17,455 nt of DNA, from the NCBI GenBank assembly GCA_039630575.1, contig JBCNUW010000028.1, positions 1 through 17,455 of the forward strand, written 5' to 3'. Below are positions 1 to 8,350 of the stretch, piece by piece (position 1 is the first letter of the stretch; each line of letters begins with the position of its first letter). The stretch is from Candidatus Hydrothermales bacterium. Lineage in GTDB: Bacteria > Hydrothermota > Hydrothermia > Hydrothermales > JAJRUZ01. Under the pieces are notes generated by a model. It saw only the letters and a program-made list of their open reading frames with translations, made no database searches and was not told where the DNA came from. The position numbers and the translations under genes were made by a program.

Positions 1-2
1 TG

Positions 3-1409
3 ATCCCTGTTTATTATAATTATCTTAAAATAGAAAGACTATATGAATTTAAAAGAACACTCACCGAATCTATTAAATTTTCTCCTAATTTATTTTCTTT
101 TTTTACATCTTATCATGCTACTCTTTCGGGAAAGCTTTTGAAAAAATTGGTACCTCCCCCTACTACTCATGAAACTACTTTCTATATAGGGATTATTCCA
201 TTATTTTCAATAATTTTAATTTCCTTTTTTATAATTAGAAAAAGTATTATATTTTTCAAATTTAAAAAAGAAAGTTATAATTCAGCTACACTTTACTTTC
301 CTTATTTAGAAAAAAGAATTTTTTTTCCTCCTAATTTTTTTATATTTTACTTTATAGTCGCCCTTATAAGTCTTATATTGGTTTTTGGTCCATGGTTTTT
401 TAAAATAAAATCTTTCTTTAATCCAGTTTATTATTTATTTTATTACCTATTTCCTGGTGCAAAAGGTATAAGAGTACCGCCCAGATTTTTTATAATTTTT
501 ATATTTGCTGTTGCTATTTTGATTTCTTATTTTTATTCCTTATATTTTAGAAGGAAAACTTTAATTATTTTGGGATTATTAATTTTTTTAGAACTTTTTC
601 CCTTTTATCAAATTCCTGTGATTAAAATGCCTTATGGAGGTAACATCCCTAAAGTTTATGAATGGTTAAAAGATAAGGATGGTAAATTTGCAATAATGGA
701 GCTACCTTTAGAAGACGCAAGGTGGTGGGACATTCCCTACGGACAAGATAAAGGTTTTTTTTATATTTACTTTTCAGCTTATCATAACAAAAGAATATTT
801 AACGGTTGTAGTGGATACATCTCGCCTCTTTTTGAATATTCAAAGAATCTTGTAAGAAATCTTGATTTTAAAAGACTTATTGAACTTGCTAAAGCTATAA
901 ACATAAGGTATTTGATAATTCACAAAGATATTTACAAAGAAAACCCTCATGTTTTTTCAAAAGATGAGCTTGAAAATACTATTTTGTTAATTGAAAATAA
1001 CTTTAAAGGTGAATTAGTTAAGGTATTTGAAGATGATATTGCTGTTGTTTATGAGATAGTTGTTAGAAATATAAATTTTGATCCCAAAAATTTATATATA
1101 AAAGATTATGAATTTGACATCAATTTTGAACAAGAAGGAAAAAGAGAAGGTAAACTGATTTTTGTGTATAAAGGTGATCTTCCTTGTGTTTTGATATATG
1201 TAAATGAAATTTTTTTAAAGTTTAAAAGTGAAGGAAGATTAATCGGGAAGAATAAAGTTATTATAAATCCCAAGAATCATTCTCTTTTTTTACTAAAAGG
1301 AGAAAGATTTGAGAAAAAAATGAAATTACCTGACTTAAAAGGGGAATATTTAGTTGAAGTAGAACAAGATAAGAAAATTATTGCAAGATTTAAGTTAAAT
1401 ATAAATTAA
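3..1409 (+). CDS. Polytopic membrane protein, YfhO-like / putative GT-C-fold glycosyltransferase (5'-partial)
   Basis: The frame is open from the window edge (IPVYYNYLKIERL... runs into the 138 ORF with no stop), so 138 is not the true start. Several hydrophobic helices, RVPPRF, IMELP and IFNGCSGY motifs, then a soluble C-terminal domain, as seen in YfhO-like membrane proteins. Confidence 0.55.
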   Translation: MPVYYNYLKIERLYEFKRTLTESIKFSPNLFSFFTSYHATLSGKLLKKLVPPPTTHETTFYIGIIPLFSIILISFFIIRKSIIFFKFKKESYNSATLYFPYLEKRIFFPPNFFIFYFIVALISLILVFGPWFFKIKSFFNPVYYLFYYLFPGAKGIRVPPRFFIIFIFAVAILISYFYSLYFRRKTLIILGLLIFLELFPFYQIPVIKMPYGGNIPKVYEWLKDKDGKFAIMELPLEDARWWDIPYGQDKGFFYIYFSAYHNKRIFNGCSGYISPLFEYSKNLVRNLDFKRLIELAKAINIRYLIIHKDIYKENPHVFSKDELENTILLIENNFKGELVKVFEDDIAVVYEIVVRNINFDPKNLYIKDYEFDINFEQEGKREGKLIFVYKGDLPCVLIYVNEIFLKFKSEGRLIGKNKVIINPKNHSLFLLKGERFEKKMKLPDLKGEYLVEVEQDKKIIARFKLNIN

Positions 1410-1463
1410 GGCAACACTCCAAAGTGATAAGTAAAAACTTTTTACAAACATAAAGCTAAGAAT

Positions 1464-1492
1464 TTGCTTTTTAGAGATAAAAAAAATATAAT
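1464..1492 (+). promoter_or_regulatory. sigma70-type promoter for the tRNA pair
   Basis: TTGCTT (1464-1469), 17-nt spacer, TATAAT (1487-1492), ending 8 nt before the tRNA-Glu 5' end. Confidence 0.75.
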
Positions 1493-1500
1493 TATAAAAT

Positions 1501-1578
1501 GGCGCCATCGTCTAGCAAGGTCAAGGACACCTGGTTCTCAGCCAGGAAACCCGGGTTCAAATCCCGGTGGCGCCACCA
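1501..1578 (+). tRNA. tRNA-Glu(CTC)
   Basis: Acceptor GGCGCCA/TGGCGCC, anticodon stem CCTGG/CCAGG with loop TT-CTC-AG (anticodon 1537-1539), T arm CCGGG-TTCAAAT-CCCGG, discriminator A and encoded CCA (1576-1578). Confidence 0.97.
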
Positions 1579-1587
1579 ATAAAAAAT

Positions 1588-1659
1588 TGGGGGATCGTCT
1601 AATTGGCAGGACGTCTGGCTCTGGACCAGATAGTCGGGGTTCGAGTCCCTGTCCCCCAG
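1588..1659 (+). tRNA. tRNA-Gln(CTG)
   Basis: Acceptor TGGGGGA/TCCCCCA, anticodon stem TCTGG/CCAGA with loop CT-CTG-GA (anticodon 1621-1623), T arm CGGGG-TTCGAGT-CCCTG, discriminator G1659. CCA is not encoded. Confidence 0.96.
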
Positions 1660-1740
1660 CTTTAAAGAAACTAAATAAATTTTTTTTCGTCTTTAAGATA
1701 AGAAAAGTGAAGGTTCAACCCCTTTTTAAATTAAAAAAAG

Positions 1741-3249
1741 ATGAAGAAAATAATTATAACATCTTTACTGTCTATCTTTGTAGGTTTTGCTATTGCAAGT
1801 CTTTTACTTTTTAAATTTGATAAAACTAATAACCTCGAAGCCGAAACTAAAACTTCTCAGGTAAAAAAAGAAGAAAAAGTTAAAAACTTAGAGAGTTTTC
1901 CATCCATTTCTGAATTGTCTAAATTCGTTATTCCTGGTGTTGTTAATATAAGAGCCACTAAAAAGGTTAAAGTTCCTACTTTTCATTTTGGAGACCCCTT
2001 TTTTAGAGAATTTTTTAGAGAATTCTTTAGATTTTCACCAAGAGAAGAAGAGGAATTTGAATCTGATGTCTTAGGTTCAGGTTTTATATTCAAAAAAAAT
2101 GGTAATAAATATTACATAATGACAAACTATCATGTTATAAGAGGAGTTGATAAGATAAAGATAATACTCTGGGATAGAAGAGAATTTGGCCCTGATGAGG
2201 TAAAAATAATTGGAAATGATAAGCTAACTGATCTTGCTGTTCTAATGGTTGAGTCTAAAGATGAGTTAGCCGTTCTGCCACTTGGAAACTCTGATGAGGT
2301 TGAAATCGGTGACTGGGTAATAGCTGTTGGTAACCCCTTTGGACTTAATGGAACTGTAACTTTTGGAGTTGTTTCTGCAAAGCACAGATCAGGAATAAAC
2401 TTACCTGGTGGGACAATCTATCAGGATTTTATTCAAACTGACGCAGCCATAAATCCGGGGAATTCAGGAGGTCCATTAATAAATATGAAAGGGGAGGTAA
2501 TAGGTGTAAATACCGCTATAACTTCTCCTACACAGGGTAATGTGGGAATTGGCTTTGCAATACCTATTAATATTGCCAAAAATGTATCTACTCAGCTAAT
2601 TGAAAAGGGTGTTGTAAAAAGAGGCTACCTCGGGGTTAGAATTCAGGAAGTAACTCCAAGTATTGCTGAGAGATATAAACTTAAAAAGCCAATGGGTGCC
2701 CTTGTAGCTAATGTAGAAAAAGGGACACCAGCTGAAAAAGCAAAAATAAAAGAAGGTGATATTATTGTTGCTGTTGATGGAGAAGAAGTTAGTAATGCAG
2801 ACGATTTGAGAATTAAAATAGGTTCCCGCTATCCAGGTGATAAAGTAAGAATAAAACTGATAAATAAGGAAGGAAAAGAAAGAGAAGTTACTGTTACTTT
2901 AGCTGAACTTGAAGAGGAAAAAATAATTGGAAGAACTGAGGAAGAAGAAAGGAGAGAAAGCGAGGAGTTTTCATGGTTCGGAATGAAGGTAGAAACCTTA
3001 AACGAAACACTGAGGGAAAGATACGGAATTGAAGAAAATGAAGGTGTTGTTGTTGTGGATGTGGAGACCAACTCTCCTGCTTACGAATCAGGTATAAGAG
3101 AGGGTGATCTTATCGTTAAGGTTGAAGACATGAAAATAAAAGATTTAAATGATTTTAGGAAAGCAAAAGAGAAATATGGCTCACAAAAAGTCATATTGTT
3201 TACAGTGATAAGAGACGGTGTTAAATCAATACTGGCAATAAAAAGATAA
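1741..3249 (+). CDS. degP: DegP/HtrA (Do family) serine endoprotease with two PDZ domains
   Basis: N-terminal signal/anchor, LGSGFI, TNYHV (His), TDLAVL (Asp), QTDAAINPGNSGGPL (Ser), RGYLGV start of PDZ1 and a second PDZ at the C-terminus. Confidence 0.93.
   Translation: MKKIIITSLLSIFVGFAIASLLLFKFDKTNNLEAETKTSQVKKEEKVKNLESFPSISELSKFVIPGVVNIRATKKVKVPTFHFGDPFFREFFREFFRFSPREEEEFESDVLGSGFIFKKNGNKYYIMTNYHVIRGVDKIKIILWDRREFGPDEVKIIGNDKLTDLAVLMVESKDELAVLPLGNSDEVEIGDWVIAVGNPFGLNGTVTFGVVSAKHRSGINLPGGTIYQDFIQTDAAINPGNSGGPLINMKGEVIGVNTAITSPTQGNVGIGFAIPINIAKNVSTQLIEKGVVKRGYLGVRIQEVTPSIAERYKLKKPMGALVANVEKGTPAEKAKIKEGDIIVAVDGEEVSNADDLRIKIGSRYPGDKVRIKLINKEGKEREVTVTLAELEEEKIIGRTEEEERRESEEFSWFGMKVETLNETLRERYGIEENEGVVVVDVETNSPAYESGIREGDLIVKVEDMKIKDLNDFRKAKEKYGSQKVILFTVIRDGVKSILAIKR
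1999..2034 (+). repeat. Short in-frame 12-bp tandem repeat (about 3 copies) in degP
   Basis: TTTTTTAGAGAA TTTTTTAGAGAA TTCTTTAGATTT, encoding FFRE-FFRE-FFRF in the LA-loop region. Confidence 0.6.
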
Positions 3250-3250
3250 T

Positions 3251-3982
3251 TTGGCAAAAAAAAATTTAAAAAAGCAAATAGAGGAATGGGTTTGGGCTTT
3301 TATCGTAGTCTTTTTTGTAATTAGACCCTTTTTTCTCCAAGCCTATAGGATTCCCTCTGGTTCAATGGAAGATACTTTATTACCTGGAGATTTTCTTTTT
3401 GTTTTTAAACCTATTTTCGGTTTTGAACTACCTTACACACAGATAAAATTCTTTCAATTTATTGAACCAAAAAGAGGAGATATAGTTGTATTTAGGTATC
3501 CAGTTGATCCATCAAAGGATTTTGTGAAAAGGGTTATAGGATTGGAGGGTGACACAGTTATGATAAAAGATAAAAGAGTTTATATAAACGGAAAATTACT
3601 TATTGAGGAGTACGCGATTCATAAAGATGAAAGGATAATAAATTCACCCTATAACATGGAAAGCAAATCATTTGCTGAATATTTTCAGAAGGAATGGGAG
3701 AACAGAGCCTTTTTAAGCGATATAAATATAAGAGATAACTTTGGTCCAGTTGTAGTTCCACCTAATTCCTATTTTGTCTTGGGTGATAACAGAGATTTTT
3801 CATCTGATTCAAGGTTTTTTGGTCCTGTTCCCAAAAAATTTCTTAAAGGTATTCCTTTTTTTATCTATTTTTCTTGGGACGGAAGTGTACCATTTTATAA
3901 TTTTTTAAAAAGTATAAGGTGGGATAGAATTTTCCAATTACCCTTTTTATGGAGAAAGAATTATGAGATGCAAAGTATGTAA
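3251..3982 (+). CDS. lepB: Signal peptidase I
   Basis: N-terminal TM helix, IPSGSMEDTL (catalytic Ser), RGDIVVF, FVKRVIG (catalytic Lys), GDNRDFSSDSRFFG box E. TTG start 1 nt after the degP stop. Confidence 0.95.
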   Translation: MAKKNLKKQIEEWVWAFIVVFFVIRPFFLQAYRIPSGSMEDTLLPGDFLFVFKPIFGFELPYTQIKFFQFIEPKRGDIVVFRYPVDPSKDFVKRVIGLEGDTVMIKDKRVYINGKLLIEEYAIHKDERIINSPYNMESKSFAEYFQKEWENRAFLSDINIRDNFGPVVVPPNSYFVLGDNRDFSSDSRFFGPVPKKFLKGIPFFIYFSWDGSVPFYNFLKSIRWDRIFQLPFLWRKNYEMQSM

Positions 3983-4895
3983 AGAAAAAGCCTGTATAAA
4001 AATAAAAAGACAAAGTCTTTCATTATGTCCAACTCATTTTCTTGAAAGATTTGAATTAGAGTCACAGAGATTAATCAAAAAGTATAAGATGTTTACATAC
4101 AGTGATAAGGTTGCTGTAGCTGTTTCGGGTGGCAAAGATTCATTATCACTTTTGTATCTACTTAATAAACTTGGATACAATATCCTTGGAATTCATATAA
4201 ATTTAGGTATATTTAAAGAAAACTATTCGAATAAATCAGAAATTTTTGTTAGAAATTTCAGAGATAAATTTAACATCCCTATTTTGATTTATAACGTAAA
4301 AGAAAATCAAGAAAAAGGGATAGAGGACATTGTAAAAGAAAGGTGGAAAGATAAACCTTGTGCTGTTTGTGGAATGGTGAAAAGATATCTGATGAATATT
4401 CTTGCTTTAAAGAATAACTGTACTGTCCTTGCAACAGGACATAACCTTGATGATGAATCCTCAAGATTGTTCGGTAATATAATTTATTGGCAGGAAGAAC
4501 ATTTAGAACATCAGGAATTGACTTTGCCTGAAGAAAATGGCCTTTTAAAAAAAGTTAAACCTTTTTTTCTCTTTACCGAGAAAGAAATAGCTCTATATGC
4601 TATTTTAAACAGAATAGATTATATAAAAGATGAATGCCCCTATTCTGTTGGTGCTAAAACTTTAAAATATAAAGGAATTTTAAATTTACTTGAAAACGAT
4701 TCACCTGGCACAAAGTATAGATTCCTGACAGGGTTTTATAATTTTAAAAAAAAGATAGATAAAAAGGGTTTAAAAACCTTTAAAGGAACTAATAAATGTA
4801 TTCAATGTGGCATGCCCACAAAGAGAGAGATTTGCACCTTCTGCACTACCTTTGAAAAACATCCATTTAAGATTTTCCTAAATGTCAATAAATAG
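3963..4895 (+). CDS. ttuA: TtuA/Ncs6-family tRNA 2-thiouridine synthetase (PP-loop ATPase, Fe-S)
   Basis: N-terminal CxxC...CxxH zinc finger, SGGKDS PP-loop, CAVC plus ECPY Fe-S cysteines, GHNLDD, C-terminal CxxC...CxxC zinc finger. This is the TtuA architecture rather than TtcA. Confidence 0.82.
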   Translation: MRCKVCKEKACIKIKRQSLSLCPTHFLERFELESQRLIKKYKMFTYSDKVAVAVSGGKDSLSLLYLLNKLGYNILGIHINLGIFKENYSNKSEIFVRNFRDKFNIPILIYNVKENQEKGIEDIVKERWKDKPCAVCGMVKRYLMNILALKNNCTVLATGHNLDDESSRLFGNIIYWQEEHLEHQELTLPEENGLLKKVKPFFLFTEKEIALYAILNRIDYIKDECPYSVGAKTLKYKGILNLLENDSPGTKYRFLTGFYNFKKKIDKKGLKTFKGTNKCIQCGMPTKREICTFCTTFEKHPFKIFLNVNK

Positions 4896-5640
4896 GGAAA
4901 AAATCTTTGTTGTAATTCCTGTTTATAATGAAAAAGAATCGCTTTATAAGGTTATTTCTGAAACAAAGGATATCTTACCTGAATCAAAAATAATTGTTGT
5001 AGATGATGGTTCAGATCCACCTGTTAGATTGATCAAGAATCCAAAACTTATCTTACTAAGACATGAGAATAACATGGGATATGGGGCAAGTCTAATGAGT
5101 GGAATAGAGTTTTCTATCTCTGATGGTGCTGAGATAATAATAACAATAGATGCGGACGGGCAACATTTTCCAAAAAGAATTCCAGATTTTCTTGATAAGA
5201 TTAAAAATAACGATTTTGTTTCAGGTTCAAGATATCATCCTCTTTCTCTTAAGCTTTCAGAACCTCCAAGTGATAGAAGGATCATAAATATAATAATTAC
5301 TGAAATCTTAAAAGAACTAACAGGTTTTAATATAACAGACTCTTTTTGTGGTTTTAAATGTTTTAAAAGTTATTTTTTTGAGAATTTCATATCAGAGGAA
5401 AAAGGCTATGGTTTTCCTCTTGAGCTATGGTATTATGCCTATAAATTTAAATTTAAATTTGAAGAAGTTCCTTGTGAACTATACTATCCTATAAAGAAGG
5501 AATTCCCTGGAAATCTTAGAGATCAAGAAAAAAGGCTTGAGTATTATTTAAAAATTCTTGAAAAAAAATTTAAGGCGAAACTTGTTGAAAAGGGATTTAA
5601 AATGCTAAAAAATTATTTGAGAAAGGATCAACATGAGTAA
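4882..5640 (+). CDS. Glycosyltransferase family 2 (DPM1/DPG-synthase-like), no TM helices
   Basis: VVIPVYNE, VVDDGS, NMGYGASL, IDADGQH (DxD), VSGSRY and TDSFCGFK motifs. Confidence 0.9.
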   Translation: MSINREKIFVVIPVYNEKESLYKVISETKDILPESKIIVVDDGSDPPVRLIKNPKLILLRHENNMGYGASLMSGIEFSISDGAEIIITIDADGQHFPKRIPDFLDKIKNNDFVSGSRYHPLSLKLSEPPSDRRIINIIITEILKELTGFNITDSFCGFKCFKSYFFENFISEEKGYGFPLELWYYAYKFKFKFEEVPCELYYPIKKEFPGNLRDQEKRLEYYLKILEKKFKAKLVEKGFKMLKNYLRKDQHE

Positions 5641-6322
5641 AACCTTAATTGCTTTTGGGGCACATCCAGATGATGTTGAGTTATCCATTGGTGGTCTTGT
5701 CTCAAAACTTTCAAAGGCAGGATATAAAGTAATAATATGTGATTTAACAGATGGTGAACCTACTCCTTTTGGTGATCCAGAGACAAGAAAAAAGGAAGCA
5801 AAAGAGGCAGCAAAAATTTTAGGTGTAGAAAGAGTTACTCTTGATTTACCTAATAGGTTCTTAATGGATAGTGTTGAATCAAGAATTAAGGTAGCTGAGA
5901 TAATAAGGGAGTATAAACCAGAAGTTATTCTTACCCATCATGGGGATGATCAACATCCCGATCATATAGAGACAAGAAAAATTGTTCAAGCTGCAAGATT
6001 TTATTCAAAGTTTACAAAGGTAAACTGGAAGGGTGAACCCTTTTATCCGCCAAAGTTACTTTTTTTTCATGCCTCCCATAAACGAAAAATTTATCACCCT
6101 CATATCGTTGTTGATATAACTGATACCTTCGAGACAAAAATGAAAGCCGTTGACTCTTATAAATCTCAATTTGGTTTTTATGAAGAAAAAAGAAAGGACT
6201 TTTTAAGTGTTATTGAAACTTTTAACAGATTTTATGGGAGATTGATAGGAGTAAAGTATGGTGAGGTTCTTTTTTTAGAGGAACCTTTACCTCTTAAAAA
6301 CCTTTCAGTTCTATTTGATTAA
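5633..6322 (+). CDS. bshB1: PIG-L/LmbE-family Zn-dependent N-acetylsugar deacetylase (BshB1-like)
   Basis: GAHPDDVE, DLTDGE, R..EA..AA.ILG, HPDH, VDITDTFETKMKAV..YKSQF and G.LIGVKYGE motifs. The family is secure; the substrate is not. Confidence 0.75.
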   Translation: MSKTLIAFGAHPDDVELSIGGLVSKLSKAGYKVIICDLTDGEPTPFGDPETRKKEAKEAAKILGVERVTLDLPNRFLMDSVESRIKVAEIIREYKPEVILTHHGDDQHPDHIETRKIVQAARFYSKFTKVNWKGEPFYPPKLLFFHASHKRKIYHPHIVVDITDTFETKMKAVDSYKSQFGFYEEKRKDFLSVIETFNRFYGRLIGVKYGEVLFLEEPLPLKNLSVLFD

Positions 6323-6327
6323 TTTGT

Positions 6328-7455
6328 ATGGTTCTATACAAGGTTCCTGAGAAAAACAAAGAAATCATTTTAGAACCTTCGAGAAAAGAAGATATAATGA
6401 AGTTATGTGAAGAAAATAGGAAAAAAAGAAAAGAGTTTAGTGAAATTTTTTTATTTGAAATTAAAGAGGATTTCAAAATTGCTTCCGGTCATCAGACAGT
6501 TTTCTATCATCCTGGTATATGGGCTAAGGCTTTATTCTTAAGTGAAATTGCAAAATTAGGATTTAAAACAGAATTTCTTGAAAATGACATAGACGGAATT
6601 GACAGAATTTATTTTTATTATCCTGATGTAAATAATAAAATAAAAAGAGAATTTTTATTCTATAGTCCGAAAAAAATTGCTCTTGAATCTTTAAAAAATG
6701 AGGAAGTAAGTAAAAACAGAGATTTAATTCTTGAAGTAATGAAAAAAATAAAGGAAGGTAAAATTAAGGAAAAAGCTATAAGATTTTTTGAAATTTTTTT
6801 TAAAAATTTAGATTCGCAAAATTTTTTCCCTCAAACTTTTTCACTTTCAAGAAGGGAGTATGAAGAAAATTTTTTTTACCAAACAAAATTCTCCTCAACT
6901 CTTTTTAATTTGAAATTTTTTTTAAATTTTTTTTCATATTTTTTTATAAATGCTCAAAAAGTTTATGAGTGTTATAATGATGCAATAATTGAATATAGAG
7001 AAAAGTTTGGGATAACTAACAAGACTGAGCCAGCCCTACTTTTGGAAAAAGAAGGAGATTTGATAGAACTTCCCTTTTTTTTAAATTTAAGAGAAAGAAT
7101 AAAAGTTTTTAAAAAGAAAGATAAACTTGTCTGTGAAAAGTTTGAGATTTCTCTTGGTAGCCATATAGATGAAATTGTTTTTAATTTAAAAAATATTCCC
7201 TTGAGACCTAAAGGTTTAATTCTTTCAATGTATAATAAAATTTTGGAAGCTGATCTTTTTTACCATGGTGTTTCTGGAAAAAATTATGATGAAGCAACAA
7301 ACATTTTCATAAGAAAGCTTTTTAAAATAGAGCCGCCTGTTTCAGGAATTATAAGTTTAACACTTTATCTTAATGACATAAATAAGAGAGATTTTCCATT
7401 TTTTCTTTTTGATAAAGAGGAAATTATAGATATTATAAATTCTACTTTAATTTGA
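6328..7455 (+). CDS. Hypothetical protein, probable distant BshC-like (Rossmann-fold ligase) homologue
   Basis: IASGHQTVFYHPGIWAK, FLENDIDGIDRI and LRPKGLILSMYNKILEADLFYHGVSGKNYD...FKIEPP fall in the same order as the BshC motifs VTGQQxGLxxGPLYxxxK, FWxxxEDHDxxEI and FSPNVxxRPxxQExLLPxxAyxxGPGExxY...MP (by-eye comparison). It lies directly after the bshB1-like gene. Confidence 0.5.
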   Translation: MVLYKVPEKNKEIILEPSRKEDIMKLCEENRKKRKEFSEIFLFEIKEDFKIASGHQTVFYHPGIWAKALFLSEIAKLGFKTEFLENDIDGIDRIYFYYPDVNNKIKREFLFYSPKKIALESLKNEEVSKNRDLILEVMKKIKEGKIKEKAIRFFEIFFKNLDSQNFFPQTFSLSRREYEENFFYQTKFSSTLFNLKFFLNFFSYFFINAQKVYECYNDAIIEYREKFGITNKTEPALLLEKEGDLIELPFFLNLRERIKVFKKKDKLVCEKFEISLGSHIDEIVFNLKNIPLRPKGLILSMYNKILEADLFYHGVSGKNYDEATNIFIRKLFKIEPPVSGIISLTLYLNDINKRDFPFFLFDKEEIIDIINSTLI

Positions 7456-8347
7456 CAATCTTTACCTTCACATGTTCAGGTTCAATTTTAACTACATCTA
7501 AATTTTCAGGTACTCTAACTTTAGGTGTTAAAAAAAATTCTCCTTCAGTAAAATTTAGTGCATTTACAATTACATTTATATTACTTAGCTCTAAATTCTT
7601 TACAATACTTTCAGGTCCTTTTATTCGAACAAAAAGTTTTTCAGGCTCCACTGTAGCTTTATATTTTCTTGATATTAGTACAACATAGGGCACATTAAAA
7701 AAATCTCTTTCCTCTATTTTTTCTATTTCTATAATAACTTTTACAGTATCAGGATATAACTTAACTATCTCTGATGGGCTTATTACTTTTGCTTTGTCTA
7801 TAAAACTTTTTTCTCTTTTTTCAACAGAAACTAGACTAGTTCTTATGCTATCAATTCCTAAAAGAAGTGTTAATGGTCCAATTGCTTTAACATATTCTTC
7901 AGATTTTTTTGACTTAACGGTATAACCGGTTCGTGGAATACCTTTTGTCCTAACACTTACAGGAACTTTTTTTTCTATCTTTTTATCTAATTTAACATTT
8001 ATAAAATTTTGCTCAAATTTAAGCTCATCTATTTTTACAAAAGAAGGAATATGGAGTTGAATTTTTTGTATTTCATATTTATTTTTGCCTTTTGAAGGGT
8101 TATCAAATTTGAGGTAAAGTTTAGGTTCAAAAATTTTAAGTATTATTAGATTTCTTCCATTTGCTTTTATTGTAGCATTTAATTTTTTCGGTGGGGGTTC
8201 AAGAAAGGTAAGAGAATCAGGAAGTCCTATATAATCAAGGGTTATTTCCCTCTGAACAGTATAAGTTTTTTCTGTTATGGTAAAGAACCAAATTAAAAAT
8301 CCAACCAGGATAGAAATTAAGATCTCCGCTATTTCTCTTTTTCTCAT
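7442..8347 (-). CDS. YbbR-like / CdaR domain-containing membrane-anchored protein
   Basis: Single N-terminal TM (ILISILVGFLIWFF), then three repeated beta-rich units ending in P..V.V.I (e.g. EKKVPVSVRTKG.P..GY, V..IGP, LYPDTVKVII, IEPEHVKVKI). Confidence 0.8.
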   Translation of the reverse strand: MRKREIAEILISILVGFLIWFFTITEKTYTVQREITLDYIGLPDSLTFLEPPPKKLNATIKANGRNLIILKIFEPKLYLKFDNPSKGKNKYEIQKIQLHIPSFVKIDELKFEQNFINVKLDKKIEKKVPVSVRTKGIPRTGYTVKSKKSEEYVKAIGPLTLLLGIDSIRTSLVSVEKREKSFIDKAKVISPSEIVKLYPDTVKVIIEIEKIEERDFFNVPYVVLISRKYKATVEPEKLFVRIKGPESIVKNLELSNINVIVNALNFTEGEFFLTPKVRVPENLDVVKIEPEHVKVKIVKLK

Positions 8348-8350
8348 GAA

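Noticed and set aside
138..140. TTG as the start of the first gene
   Set aside because: The frame is open to the window edge, so the gene begins upstream.
1501..1659. tRNA 3' ends as integration (att) sites
   Set aside because: I saw no duplicated tRNA 3' fragment, integrase or transposase in the window, and the flanking genes are housekeeping.
1660..1740. Intrinsic terminator after the tRNAs
   Set aside because: Only weak AT-rich or imperfect inverted repeats; no convincing GC stem followed by a U tract.
1464..1814. 116-aa ORF from the track
   Set aside because: It spans the promoter and both tRNA genes and overlaps degP in another frame; a shadow ORF.
2829..3071. Minus-strand 80-aa Ser-rich ORF
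   Set aside because: Antisense shadow of Glu/Arg-rich degP codons.
4279..4464. Minus-strand 61-aa ORF (checked as a possible ttuB)
   Set aside because: Antisense within ttuA, no C-terminal GG and no ubiquitin-like pattern.
6294..6476. Minus-strand 60-aa ORF
   Set aside because: Antisense to two better-supported genes and has no motif.
7452..7688. Plus-strand 78-aa ORF overlapping the stop of the BshC-like gene
   Set aside because: Entirely antisense to ybbR with Thr/Ser/Phe shadow composition; it does not look like the missing coiled coil.
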